DNA of 64,000 nucleotides from an uncultured bacterium (GTDB lineage: Bacteria; Patescibacteriota; Patescibacteriia; Patescibacteriales; UBA12465), in contig OW818634.1 in the NCBI GenBank assembly GCA_942492765.1, positions 89,159 through 153,158 on the forward strand. The letters are read 5' to 3'. The notes beneath the pieces were generated by a model, which saw only the letters and a program-made list of their open reading frames with translations, was not told where the DNA came from and made no database searches. Shown piece by piece: positions 1-8,982 of this stretch (the stretch's first letter is position 1; each line of letters starts with the position of its first letter). A program made the translations under genes and the position numbers.

Positions 1-1486
1 GGTTAAAAGCGTGGTCGACAATGCCGGCGAAATTCATCTTAGCTAGCTTATTATGAGTGATTGCGGTGGTTGTGCCAGAAGAAGCAACGGTAGTAAATAA
101 GCCGCCGACGTAAAGATCGGAATCAATGATGGCTAAGCTATAAATTTCATCGTTAAATGTGGGGTTGAAGTCTTCATCTAAAGTTCCGTCCGGCTTGATC
201 TTGATTATATTTGTCCTAGATGCTCCAGGGACATAGGAAGTAAATTTTCCTCCGGTGTAAAGCCTTTGTCCCGAAAATACCATGAAATCAGGTTCTTCAT
301 TAAGATACCTATTAAAAGATGAATCTAAGTTCCCGCTATTATCGAATTTAACTAGGCGATTGGAAGGCGAAGAATTTATAGTCGTGAAATCGCCGCCAAC
401 GTAGAGGCCGTCGACAGTCTGCACGATAGTCCAAGCCGTGCCGTTGAGGTTGGGAGCGAAAGAAGTATCTAGCGCGCCGCTGGTATTCAGCTTGGCAAAA
501 TAATTTCTGACGGCTGCTGTCGTCGTGCCCACTCCGGTGACGCTAGTGAAATCGCCGCCAGCGTAAAGGTTTGCGCCGTAGATAGCGACTTCCCAGACAG
601 TATTATTCAAACTTGGATTGAACGTATGATCAACCACGCCCGCGGTGTTAAGCTTGGCTAAACGGTTGTGAGTGGTTATGCCCGTGCTTGAACCGGTCGA
701 ATCCGCTTTAGTGAAGCCGCCGCCGATATAAAGAGTCGAGCTGGCCAGTACCATCATATTGATAGCCGCATTGACGCTGGGAGAGAAGGAGGAATCCAAA
801 CTGCCGTCGAGATTTAGTTTGGCTAAATAATTACGGGTGTAACCGTCGACGGTGGTAAATGCGCCATTCACATAAAAGCTTGATCCGGAAAGTATCAGGG
901 TATAAACCGCTCCGTTAAAACTGGGGGCGAAATCAGGATCGACATTTCCCGCCATATCCATCTTGACCATATAATTTCTGGTCAGACCGTTGACGGATGT
1001 GAAATTTCCGACGACGTAAAGATTGCCGTCGTATATGGTTATATCCCTAACGCTTCCCTGTCCGCCGGTGATAACGGGCGTAAAATCAGGATCCAGTGTG
1101 CCGTCGGCTAAGAGATGGGCGATGCAATTCCTCTTCTGTCCGGATATGAAGGTGAACATGCCGCCGATATATACGCCGCCATCCTCATCTTCGGCGGCGG
1201 CGAAGACATCGCTATTGCTCTTGAAGTCTGATAATATCGGAGCGCCAGAATCTTTGTCGATGACGATGAAGTTGCCCGTCTTGTCAGCGCCATCTATAGC
1301 CTCTGTAAAGTTTCCTCCAGCGTAGACATTGCCCTCGCTATCTTTGACCATGCTCCTGATCAGCCTGTTCACGCCCCAAATATTGTCATCTGGCTTATTA
1401 TTCAATACGACTGCTTGCGTCTTGGCGGCGAAGCAGAAAGATAGTAAGAGGAAAAATGATATTCCGGTAATTTTAGCTCTTCTCAT
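1..1486 (-). CDS. Secreted delta-60 / beta-propeller-type repeat protein; start codon in window, C-terminus cut off by the window edge (absent from the supplied ORF track)
   Basis: Minus-strand frame is open from ATG (1484-1486) to position 1 with no stop (495 codons). The N-terminus MRRAKITGISFFLLLSFCFAAKTQA looks like a signal peptide. There are at least 9 copies of a ~52-58 aa unit with core LYxGGxFT...RNxLAKLNxxGxLDxxFxP. Confidence 0.75.
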   Translation of the reverse strand, partial: MRRAKITGISFFLLLSFCFAAKTQAVVLNNKPDDNIWGVNRLIRSMVKDSEGNVYAGGNFTEAIDGADKTGNFIVIDKDSGAPILSDFKSNSDVFAAAEDEDGGVYIGGMFTFISGQKRNCIAHLLADGTLDPDFTPVITGGQGSVRDITIYDGNLYVVGNFTSVNGLTRNYMVKMDMAGNVDPDFAPSFNGAVYTLILSGSSFYVNGAFTTVDGYTRNYLAKLNLDGSLDSSFSPSVNAAINMMVLASSTLYIGGGFTKADSTGSSTGITTHNRLAKLNTAGVVDHTFNPSLNNTVWEVAIYGANLYAGGDFTSVTGVGTTTAAVRNYFAKLNTSGALDTSFAPNLNGTAWTIVQTVDGLYVGGDFTTINSSPSNRLVKFDNSGNLDSSFNRYLNEEPDFMVFSGQRLYTGGKFTSYVPGASRTNIIKIKPDGTLDEDFNPTFNDEIYSLAIIDSDLYVGGLFTTVASSGTTTAITHNKLAKMNFAGIVDHAFN

Positions 1487-1505
1487 AGTTATTTGTCGTT
1501 TATTA

Positions 1506-2975
1506 TTATTTAATGATATTTATTCTATTCAAGCTTTCTTCCCTGCCCAGAGCAGCAGCGATTTCGAAAGGGCTGGGGCTGTTCTTTAGTCCGGTCAGCG
1601 CGACGCGCAGCGGCCAGAGGTAGTCGCCGTTCTTCCCGTTCGTTTCTTTTATCCAGTCCAGGATAGTCTTCTCCAGATAGTCCTTATCCCAAGAATTAGC
1701 TGCAATTTTCTCCAATTCTTTCTTCAATGTTGCCAGATTGGCTTTGGCGTCTGCTAATGTCAAAGTTTTCCAGCATAGTAATTCCGGCGCGTATTCCGGG
1801 AGTTCGAATAAGAAAGCGGTAGCGGCCGCAATTTCGCTTAAAGTTTTCAGGCGGTCTTGAGCCAGGGCCACGAATTTCTTGATTTTTTCAGCATCACTGA
1901 TATCTCTGCCAGCTTCTTTAAGATAAGGCAGGCAAAGCTCAGTCAGATCCGGAACGGATTTTTGACGCAGATAATAGCTATTATAATAATCTAGCTTTTC
2001 CGTATCAAAGACCGCCGGGCTTGCGCCCATGCCAGCGATCGAGAAAGCCCGCTTCAATTCTTCCAGACTCCATATTTCTTGGTCGCTCTTCGGATGCCAG
2101 CCCAGAAGCACGCAGAAATTTATCAGCGCTTCTGGCAGGTAGCCTTTAGCTAGGTAATCTTCCACAAAGACATCGCCCTTGCGCTTGCTCAACTTTCCGC
2201 CGCCGACTTTATTTAGGATGAGCGGCAAGTGGATGAATTTTGGCGGAGTCCAGCCGAAAGCTTGATATAATAGGATATTCTTCGGGAATGAGCCGAGCCA
2301 TTCGTCGCCGCGGGTCACTTGCGTGATTTTCATCAGATGGTCGTCGACGATATTGGCGAATTGATAAGTCGGCACGCCGTCAGATTTTATCAGGACATGA
2401 TCATCGAGATCGGCTGCCTTGAAAGTTATTTCGCCGCGCAATTCGTCATAAACCTTTACTTCTCCGTCAAGCGGCATCTTCTGGCGGATAACGAATTTTT
2501 CGCCAGCCTTGGCCTTAGCTTCGGCTGCGGCAGCGCTTAAGCCGCGGCAGCGCCGATCATAGCGTGGCGCTTCTTTCTTGGCTTCTTGCTCGGTGCGCAT
2601 TTCGGCCAATCTCTCCTCACTGCAAAAACAGCGGTAAGCCTTCCCTTCTTTTAAGAGCTGATCGGAATATTTTTTGTAGATATCTAAGCGTTGTGTCTGG
2701 ACATACGGCCCGTATTTTCCGCCGATATGCGGCCCCTCGTCAAACTCCATATTCATGGTCTTAAAAAGCCTGAATAGGCTGTCGACTGCGCCGGCCACTT
2801 CTCTTTTCTGGTCAGTGTCTTCGATGCGCAATATGAAATCGCCGCCTTGGCTCTTGGCTAATAGGTAGCCGAATAAAGCGCTGCGAAAATTACCGATATG
2901 CAGGAAGCCGGTCGGAGAAGGAGCGAAGCGTAGGCGCGGTTTATGGTTTTGACGACCAAATAAGGATGTAAACAT
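1506..2975 (-). CDS. gltX: Glutamate--tRNA ligase
   Basis: 489 aa. N-terminal class-I signature region FAPSPTGFLHIGNFRSAL and a KMSKS-type loop KLSKRKG. Length and order are typical of bacterial GluRS. Confidence 0.95.
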   Translation of the reverse strand: MFTSLFGRQNHKPRLRFAPSPTGFLHIGNFRSALFGYLLAKSQGGDFILRIEDTDQKREVAGAVDSLFRLFKTMNMEFDEGPHIGGKYGPYVQTQRLDIYKKYSDQLLKEGKAYRCFCSEERLAEMRTEQEAKKEAPRYDRRCRGLSAAAAEAKAKAGEKFVIRQKMPLDGEVKVYDELRGEITFKAADLDDHVLIKSDGVPTYQFANIVDDHLMKITQVTRGDEWLGSFPKNILLYQAFGWTPPKFIHLPLILNKVGGGKLSKRKGDVFVEDYLAKGYLPEALINFCVLLGWHPKSDQEIWSLEELKRAFSIAGMGASPAVFDTEKLDYYNSYYLRQKSVPDLTELCLPYLKEAGRDISDAEKIKKFVALAQDRLKTLSEIAAATAFLFELPEYAPELLCWKTLTLADAKANLATLKKELEKIAANSWDKDYLEKTILDWIKETNGKNGDYLWPLRVALTGLKNSPSPFEIAAALGREESLNRINIIK

Positions 2976-2996
2976 ATTTTAATGTTATTTTTATGG

Positions 2997-4190
2997 CTAC
3001 TTTAAGGAATAAAATTTCGCTAAGAATATCTGCGCGGCCTCGCGGCGACGCGGATGAACGCTCGTGACCAGGTCATGCATGTCTACCCAGCGCCAAGCGG
3101 AATGATCCCAGAAATTTACTTTAATATCCTCGTCTTGGCCGGTGAACTCGGCGATGAATAAGCCCTGCCGCTGCCCTTTATAATCGAAGATATAGCGGCG
3201 CTGCAGAGATAAGGGACTTTGCTGGCTGACTGGCGGGAAAAGATAGCTATAAGTCTTCTTGAAGACTGCCTTCATGACGAATTTGTCGGTATTAAGCTCT
3301 TCTCCGAGTTCTCGGGCGCCGGCTTTTTCTAACGGTTCGCCATCGGTTCCGCCTTGAGGTAATTGCCAATGTCCAGGGTCATCCTCTCTTTCTACTATCA
3401 GGATTTTCTTGCCTTCCGCAGTCTGCTTATAAAGGAAACAGGCGACGTTGGAACGATAGAACAGATGATTCAACCTCGAACGCAACAAGACCGCAGTGAA
3501 GACGAAAGTCGCTCTGTATATTCGCCTGATGCGCTTCGGCTGCTGGGCTAAACGCCAGAGCCATTCCAGGCCGATATGCCTCATGGGCTTAGGCGCGCGC
3601 TTAATCCTGCCGGTGATGAAATCAAAAGCGCCGCCGACACCGATAGCGACCTTGACGCTCGGCAGCTTCTTCAGGTTATGAAAGATGAATTTTTCTTGAG
3701 CGGGTGCGCCGAAAGTAGAAAAGAAAATCACGGGCGCGAAATCGTTTATTTTTTTCGATAGTTCATGATCGACCGGCTGAGTGCGATGCCGGTCAATGAC
3801 TAAGGCTTCTAGACCGGGATATTTTTCAGTTAAGGCGTCCTTGATGGCCGTCTGTTGGGAGAGGCCGCCTTCGCGATTTATAACCAATATCTTTAATTTC
3901 CTTTCACGGGCAAGCGCCAATAAGTCTAAAGTCAGGTCAGCTCCGGTTAGGCGTGGAATCTTCTTGCCAGCCACGATTCCGGCCAATTTGATGCCGAAGC
4001 CGTCGGCTAAGGACATGTCTGCCTTATTTAAGATATAAAAAAATTCCTCATCCTTATGAGATTCGAGGATGATTTCAGGATTCGGGGTAACGATATAATG
4101 CTGGCGGCCGTCATTCAAGAATCCTCCGATCATTTTTAAGGCTTGTGTGTGGTCGAGGGCGCTTAAATTTATTCCCAAAATATTGACCAT
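2997..4190 (-). CDS. WecG/TagA/CpsF-family glycosyltransferase fused to a divergent C-terminal Nudix-like domain
   Basis: Single 397-aa ORF. The N-terminal ~245 aa read as WecG/TagA family (ILGINLSALD, ADGFGI, STFGAPAQEKFI, GVGGAFDFITGRIKRAP, LEWLWRL). The C-terminal ~150 aa carry HWQLPQGGTDGEPLEKAGARELGEELN, with the E-x7-REUxEE core intact, the G-x5-E spacing shortened, and the terminal G replaced by N. Confidence 0.8.
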   Translation of the reverse strand: MVNILGINLSALDHTQALKMIGGFLNDGRQHYIVTPNPEIILESHKDEEFFYILNKADMSLADGFGIKLAGIVAGKKIPRLTGADLTLDLLALARERKLKILVINREGGLSQQTAIKDALTEKYPGLEALVIDRHRTQPVDHELSKKINDFAPVIFFSTFGAPAQEKFIFHNLKKLPSVKVAIGVGGAFDFITGRIKRAPKPMRHIGLEWLWRLAQQPKRIRRIYRATFVFTAVLLRSRLNHLFYRSNVACFLYKQTAEGKKILIVEREDDPGHWQLPQGGTDGEPLEKAGARELGEELNTDKFVMKAVFKKTYSYLFPPVSQQSPLSLQRRYIFDYKGQRQGLFIAEFTGQDEDIKVNFWDHSAWRWVDMHDLVTSVHPRRREAAQIFLAKFYSLK

Positions 4191-4282
4191 ATGTTATAAT
4201 AGTGACATTAGAAATCTTTTCTGAAGATATCTTAATTTTATTATAAAAATCATCTTAAGTCAAAGTTTTATTTTATTCATTT

Positions 4283-5245
4283 ATGGCTTATTATAAAAGA
4301 ATTACCGACCGGATCGAGGAGATTAAGATCGATAATCCGCGAACCGCTCCTTCAGTCAGATGGGTCAATATAATCAACGCTAGTAAGAACGAGATTGACT
4401 ACCTGCGTAAGAATTATAATTTTAACTTGGTGCACTTGAAAGCGGCCGCCGCTTCCGTCTCTTTTCAGCGTCCGATGATCTTCAAGGGCGATGATTATCT
4501 TTGCTTAGTCCTTCATTTTCCGACCTTTAAAGGAGAAAATATCGTCGCGGGTGAGGTTGATTTTTTCGTCGGCCATGGCTACTTGATAACTGTTCATAAC
4601 AATAACCTGAAAGCCTTGACCCATTTTTTCTCGATTGGCAAAAAGAGCCCTGATTCCCTGCTGTCTTATTCCTTGGAATCATCGGCGATACTCCTGTATG
4701 AGGTTTTAGGCCATTTGATGGATGATTGTTTCCAGCTACTCGACGACAATAGCGTAAAATTGAACGAGATCGAGGACTTGATATTCGAGCGGCAGCAGAA
4801 GAAGGCGGTCGAGAAGATTATGACCTTCCGCCGCAATATCATCAATATCCGCAAGATCATGCAGAATCATAAGAATATCCTGCAGAATCTGATGGATATG
4901 GAAAGCAGTCTGGTCGAAAGAGCTATGGTTAAGAAATATTATTCTGTCCTGGTCGAGCATTCTAAGCGCATCTGGGAGATGTTAGATAATCAGAAAGAGA
5001 TGATCGAGGTGCTAAACAGCACGAACGAATCGATTCTCAATGATCGGATGACTGATATTATGAAGACTTTGACCATATTTTCTGTCATCGTTTTTCCGCT
5101 GACCTTATTAGCCGCTATCTTTGGCATGAATGCTAAGTATATGCCCTTTGTTGATCATCCTTTAGGCTTCTGGGTAATTTTAGGACTGATGGGAATATGC
5201 TCAATCGCCATGCTCTTATTCTTTAAGGGCAAGAAATGGATTTAG
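4283..5245 (+). CDS. corA: CorA-family Mg2+/Co2+ transporter
   Basis: 320 aa. Cytoplasmic N-domain followed by two C-terminal TM helices joined by the GMN loop (AAIFGMNAKYMPF). Confidence 0.9.
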   Translation: MAYYKRITDRIEEIKIDNPRTAPSVRWVNIINASKNEIDYLRKNYNFNLVHLKAAAASVSFQRPMIFKGDDYLCLVLHFPTFKGENIVAGEVDFFVGHGYLITVHNNNLKALTHFFSIGKKSPDSLLSYSLESSAILLYEVLGHLMDDCFQLLDDNSVKLNEIEDLIFERQQKKAVEKIMTFRRNIINIRKIMQNHKNILQNLMDMESSLVERAMVKKYYSVLVEHSKRIWEMLDNQKEMIEVLNSTNESILNDRMTDIMKTLTIFSVIVFPLTLLAAIFGMNAKYMPFVDHPLGFWVILGLMGICSIAMLLFFKGKKWI

Positions 5246-5271
5246 AGCTTGAATTTCGGTTTTACCAAATG

Positions 5272-5306
5272 AAAAAGCCCTGGCGTAAAGTCAGGGCTTT
5301 TGTTTT
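5272..5306. terminator. Bidirectional intrinsic terminator between convergent corA and the 5322-6482 gene
   Basis: agccctg (5276-5282) pairs with cagggct (5292-5298). An A-run precedes the hairpin and a T-rich run follows it. Confidence 0.65.
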
Positions 5307-5321
5307 CATTTTTCTAAAGTT

Positions 5322-6482
5322 CTACATTCCAGCATGCATCTGCAGGGCGAAAGATAGTAGCGTCGGCGAATACAGGGATGAAGCTGTATAGTCGATAGTC
5401 GAAGCCGCGTCTCCTTTCCAGGCAATCAGGCTGGTGTAATCGATAGTGATTGCCGGTGACGTCCAATAGTCAATACCTGCAATCAAGGGCGTGGTAGTGA
5501 AAGTGGCGGCCGTATCTACTTTGTATAACAATTGCGGAGTGCCAGGATTAGTAATAGCTGAATTATTGATATATAACGTGACGTTATATTTATCAGCTAC
5601 CGTGTCATTAACTATCCCTATTCTGGTAATCCAGCTGCTAGTCACATCGCCGACATCTCCGGGCAGCACTAAGGCTGGCACGGAGGGATAGATATGGCCA
5701 TTTTGGCAATAAATGTAGTAAGTACCGCCGCCAGTAGCTGCTGGCCTAAAATATATCGACGAGGTGTCGCTGGCCCAATTAGAAACGCCGGAGGCTGTCA
5801 TGTTCTCACCCCAGATGAGCTGTTCCCAGTCATCTGCATTTTTCGTGAAGGTATACGACAGGTATCTTATTCCGCCATTCATAACAGTCGTGCTCAAAGC
5901 ATAAGCGTTTAGAGGACTGAGTGGCCAACCCGCGGTCGTACCTTCAACCCAGCACCAGCCGCCAGTTAAACTATAGCCATATATATAGGTCGTAGGCAGA
6001 CCGATAGTATATGTCCACTTACCGCCGGATAAGCTTGAAGCAATCAGATAGATGTCTCCATTAGGCGAAACCGTAACGGTAGTGATGTCGATAGTGCCCG
6101 ATAAGACAGTAGCGTCAGGCAAAGTGGCTGTGATAGTGAAGCTGCCAACGGTCGAAAAGGTATGAGCGATCATTCTCCCGATGACAGAAGTGCCATCGCT
6201 GAAAACAAAGTTCACGCCATCTACGCCTTGGCCATCAGGACCGGCAACCATGAAGAGCTGCGGAATATTAACTATCCCAGTAGCAGGCGCTCCAGGTGCT
6301 GGAGCTTTCAGGCTATTAGCCGCTGTCCCCATCTTGAGCGTGTAGCCGTTGTCGCTCCAATTGTTATCGGGAGTGAGTTCTGGCATCTTCTCACAAGCCG
6401 TAAAGATCGCTATCAAGGCGAACATGACGGCGATTAGCCCATTCTGTTGCAGAACGGCTAAAAGATTAACTGATTTTTTCAT
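5322..6482 (-). CDS. Hypothetical lipoprotein/secreted protein with a PKD/Ig-like segment
   Basis: 386 aa. The N-terminal hydrophobic segment ends in a lipobox-like IFTAC. The stretch VNFVFSDGTSVIGRMIAHTFSTVGSFTITATLPDATVLSGTIDI resembles a PKD-type beta-sandwich. The remainder is T/S/G/Y-rich. Confidence 0.5.
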   Translation of the reverse strand: MKKSVNLLAVLQQNGLIAVMFALIAIFTACEKMPELTPDNNWSDNGYTLKMGTAANSLKAPAPGAPATGIVNIPQLFMVAGPDGQGVDGVNFVFSDGTSVIGRMIAHTFSTVGSFTITATLPDATVLSGTIDITTVTVSPNGDIYLIASSLSGGKWTYTIGLPTTYIYGYSLTGGWCWVEGTTAGWPLSPLNAYALSTTVMNGGIRYLSYTFTKNADDWEQLIWGENMTASGVSNWASDTSSIYFRPAATGGGTYYIYCQNGHIYPSVPALVLPGDVGDVTSSWITRIGIVNDTVADKYNVTLYINNSAITNPGTPQLLYKVDTAATFTTTPLIAGIDYWTSPAITIDYTSLIAWKGDAASTIDYTASSLYSPTLLSFALQMHAGM

Positions 6483-6593
6483 GATTCATCTATTTGTGTT
6501 GGTTGATATTCTGTGAAATTTATTAAGTTTTGAAAGGACTATTCCTTCTCGCTGAGCGATCTGGATAAGATCGCCTGGCGGCAAGGCGGAAGA

Positions 6594-7709
6594 TTATTTC
6601 TTCCGACTAGCGATGGTTTCACGGTAGACAGCGTCTAATTGGGACGCGACTCCGGGCCAATTATATTCGGTTCTTATTCTCTCTTTGGCGGCACGGCCTA
6701 AGCGTTCTGCTTCAGCCGGATTATCCAGGAGATATTCTAGCTTATTTTTCAGATCATTGACATCTCCTTCCTTGAAGCTGATGCCGGTGTCGGCGATGCC
6801 TTCAAGATTCTGCGGAATATCGCTGACTAGGCAAGTCAGACCCCAGCCCATAGCCTCAAGCAAGGCGACGGACAGACCCTCGTATTCAGACGGTTGGACA
6901 AAGACATAGCTATTGGCGAATAATTCGTTCAGGATATGTCCGGATTGATTATCGGTAAAGATGATCCTTTCGTCGTCCTTAGCCATTTCCATCAGCTCGG
7001 AAACATAATCATCGGTATAAGAAGAAGCGCCGACGATGACTAATTTCTTGTCAGTCTTTATCTGCTTGAAAGCCTCGATCAATAGATGGACGTTCTTATG
7101 GCGGACCAGGCGGCCAATATAGGAAATGTAATTCTTTTCATCGAGCCCCCAGCGTCTGATATCTCTGACCGGCACGATTTCCTGGTCATAAGCGCCATAA
7201 GGGATATAGATGGGAGTGAAGCCGTAAGTCGCCTGCACATAATCTTGCAGGACGCGCGAGGTGACGACGACTTTGTCGGCGTAGCGGCAGCCGATTCTTT
7301 CTCCGAATTTAAGATAAGTGCGCGCGAACAGTCCCCATTTCTTGTGATAATAATCCTGGCAATGGAAAGTGAAGATGATCGGCGTTTTCGGTTTTAAGAT
7401 TTTGGCTAGCCAAATCAGAGAAGCCGGACCGATAGCCTGGAAATTGATCGCATCAACTTTACGAAAAGCGACGTCTAGGCAAGCGAAGAAGGTATTAGTG
7501 ATTGCCTCTAAACTTTTGCTTTTGATGCTCGGCAGAGATATGACCTTAATGCCTTTATATTCCTTGATGCCCCGGCTGTAATAACGGCGGGAATACACAA
7601 AAACCTCCACGCCTCTTTTTACTAGGCTCAGAGCTAAGTTTTCCGTGTATCTTTCGACGCCGCCATTCTGAGTTGGTACGCCTTTTTGTCCGATAAATGC
7701 AATTTTCAT
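6594..7709 (-). CDS. Glycosyltransferase, GT4 (GT-B) family
   Basis: 371 aa. N-terminus MKIAFIGQKGVPTQNGGVERYTENLA and the C-terminal EX7E-type motif PSEYEGLSVALLEAMGWG. Confidence 0.85.
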   Translation of the reverse strand: MKIAFIGQKGVPTQNGGVERYTENLALSLVKRGVEVFVYSRRYYSRGIKEYKGIKVISLPSIKSKSLEAITNTFFACLDVAFRKVDAINFQAIGPASLIWLAKILKPKTPIIFTFHCQDYYHKKWGLFARTYLKFGERIGCRYADKVVVTSRVLQDYVQATYGFTPIYIPYGAYDQEIVPVRDIRRWGLDEKNYISYIGRLVRHKNVHLLIEAFKQIKTDKKLVIVGASSYTDDYVSELMEMAKDDERIIFTDNQSGHILNELFANSYVFVQPSEYEGLSVALLEAMGWGLTCLVSDIPQNLEGIADTGISFKEGDVNDLKNKLEYLLDNPAEAERLGRAAKERIRTEYNWPGVASQLDAVYRETIASRKK

Positions 7710-7750
7710 AACTGTTTATTCTATAACATTTCTTTATATTTGTAAATACC

Positions 7751-7779
7751 ATTATATAATATTTGTATAATTTTGTCAA
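7751..7779 (-). promoter_or_regulatory. Sigma70-type promoter for the GT4 gene at 6594-7709
   Basis: The minus strand reads TTGACA (7779-7774), a 17-nt spacer, then TATAAT (7756-7751). The start codon lies ~40 nt downstream. Confidence 0.55.
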
Positions 7780-7854
7780 TAGATATGAAAAAGGGTCTGT
7801 TCTGAATAAGAATTCAGACAGACCCTTGGGGTTTTACTATTTTTTTGGCTAATA

Positions 7855-8958
7855 CTACTGAGCTTGATACAATACTGGGGTGCAAAAATGCCACCCTTCG
7901 TAAGTTAAGCCGTCATAGTCTCCAATAGCAGTGAGCTTATTGGGCTTAATCATTCCTTTATTCACCTCGGGAACTAGGTAGGCGATCTTGATAAGATCTT
8001 CGGGGCTGATAGTTCCAGCCAAGTCTCCTCTAGCCTTGATTATTTCTGGCTTGATCACCTCGTGAGGCAGATAAGCAGAATATCCGCTTTTCTTGCCGAT
8101 GAAGACGGTCCAGGCATAAGTACGGCTCACAGTAGCGGCGTTGGCGGGAATCAATACATCGGTGTAGACATATTCGGTTCCGTCAGCGCTGAGTTCAAAG
8201 AACTTGCCGCTGCCTTCAGAATTAAACTCTGGTATTCCAGTGCCGCCGGCTTCCTTATAAAGCTTAGCCGAGAAGACATACTGGATATAGCCGTCGAAGA
8301 CAGAAATATAGAAATCGCCGTCTTTGAGGCCGATGAACTTAGCGCCGCTCAAGGAAGTGCTGTAGACCGAAGAGCTGTTTGCGTCTTCGCTGATAAGATT
8401 CCTTGATGAGTTGCTAGTGCTCTCTACAATAATCTCCTTCTTTTCGTTCCCCTCGGATTTATTCGTCTGAGGTTTGAATTGATTTTTAGAAACCAATTCA
8501 TTGCTAGAGTTTGAGTTAGTAACGACTTTCCTTTTTTTGTAATTATTCGTATAGGTTTTTGTCGTTTCCTTCTTTTCCTCTAGGCAAGGGCGCTGTTTTC
8601 CAATAACTATCTCCTTATACACGCCGATTTTTCTCTTAAGAGCGTCTTCCTTGCTTTGCAAGCTTTTAACATTCTTCTGCAAAGCGGCTAACTGATTGGC
8701 GTCGATAGTAACTTTTTTAGGCTCCTTTTCTTTAGCAATTTCTTCATAGATCCTGGACACTTGTTCCAATGAATCTACCCTCTTTTGTGTTGCTAATTTA
8801 TTTTTTTGTAAATTAGCTAAGGCGGTAGAATCGATGGTTACTTGCTTCACAGGCTCGGAAGTTTGCAATGATCTGACGGTTGAAACAGCGACCATGATTG
8901 CTGCTATAAGTATGACGATAATAGTGATACCTACTACTATTTTTAATGTTTTTGACAT
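7855..8958 (-). CDS. Hypothetical membrane-anchored protein with tandem coiled-coil repeats, an S/N/K-rich linker and a globular C-terminal domain
   Basis: 367 aa. N-terminal TM helix (IVVGITIIVILIAAIMVAV), two ~42-aa repeats and a low-complexity linker. No family recognised. Confidence 0.5.
   Translation of the reverse strand: MSKTLKIVVGITIIVILIAAIMVAVSTVRSLQTSEPVKQVTIDSTALANLQKNKLATQKRVDSLEQVSRIYEEIAKEKEPKKVTIDANQLAALQKNVKSLQSKEDALKRKIGVYKEIVIGKQRPCLEEKKETTKTYTNNYKKRKVVTNSNSSNELVSKNQFKPQTNKSEGNEKKEIIVESTSNSSRNLISEDANSSSVYSTSLSGAKFIGLKDGDFYISVFDGYIQYVFSAKLYKEAGGTGIPEFNSEGSGKFFELSADGTEYVYTDVLIPANAATVSRTYAWTVFIGKKSGYSAYLPHEVIKPEIIKARGDLAGTISPEDLIKIAYLVPEVNKGMIKPNKLTAIGDYDGLTYEGWHFCTPVLYQAQ
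8596..8847 (-). repeat. In-frame tandem duplication (2 x ~42 codons) inside the 7855-8958 CDS
   Basis: Residues ~38-80 (KQVTIDSTALANLQKNKLATQKRVDSLEQVSRIYEEIAKEKEP) and ~81-121 (KKVTIDANQLAALQKNVKSLQSKEDALKRKIGVYKEIVIGK) are clearly related. Confidence 0.6.
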
Positions 8959-8982
8959 GACTTGTTTCTCCTCTTCTTTAAG

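Noticed and set aside
1023-1589. Track ORFs 1023..1325 (+), 1108..1293 (-) and 1329..1589 (+)
   Set aside because: They lie inside or across the long open minus-strand frame (1-1486), which has a signal peptide and a clear repeat architecture. Their own translations are low-complexity with no start-site signals.
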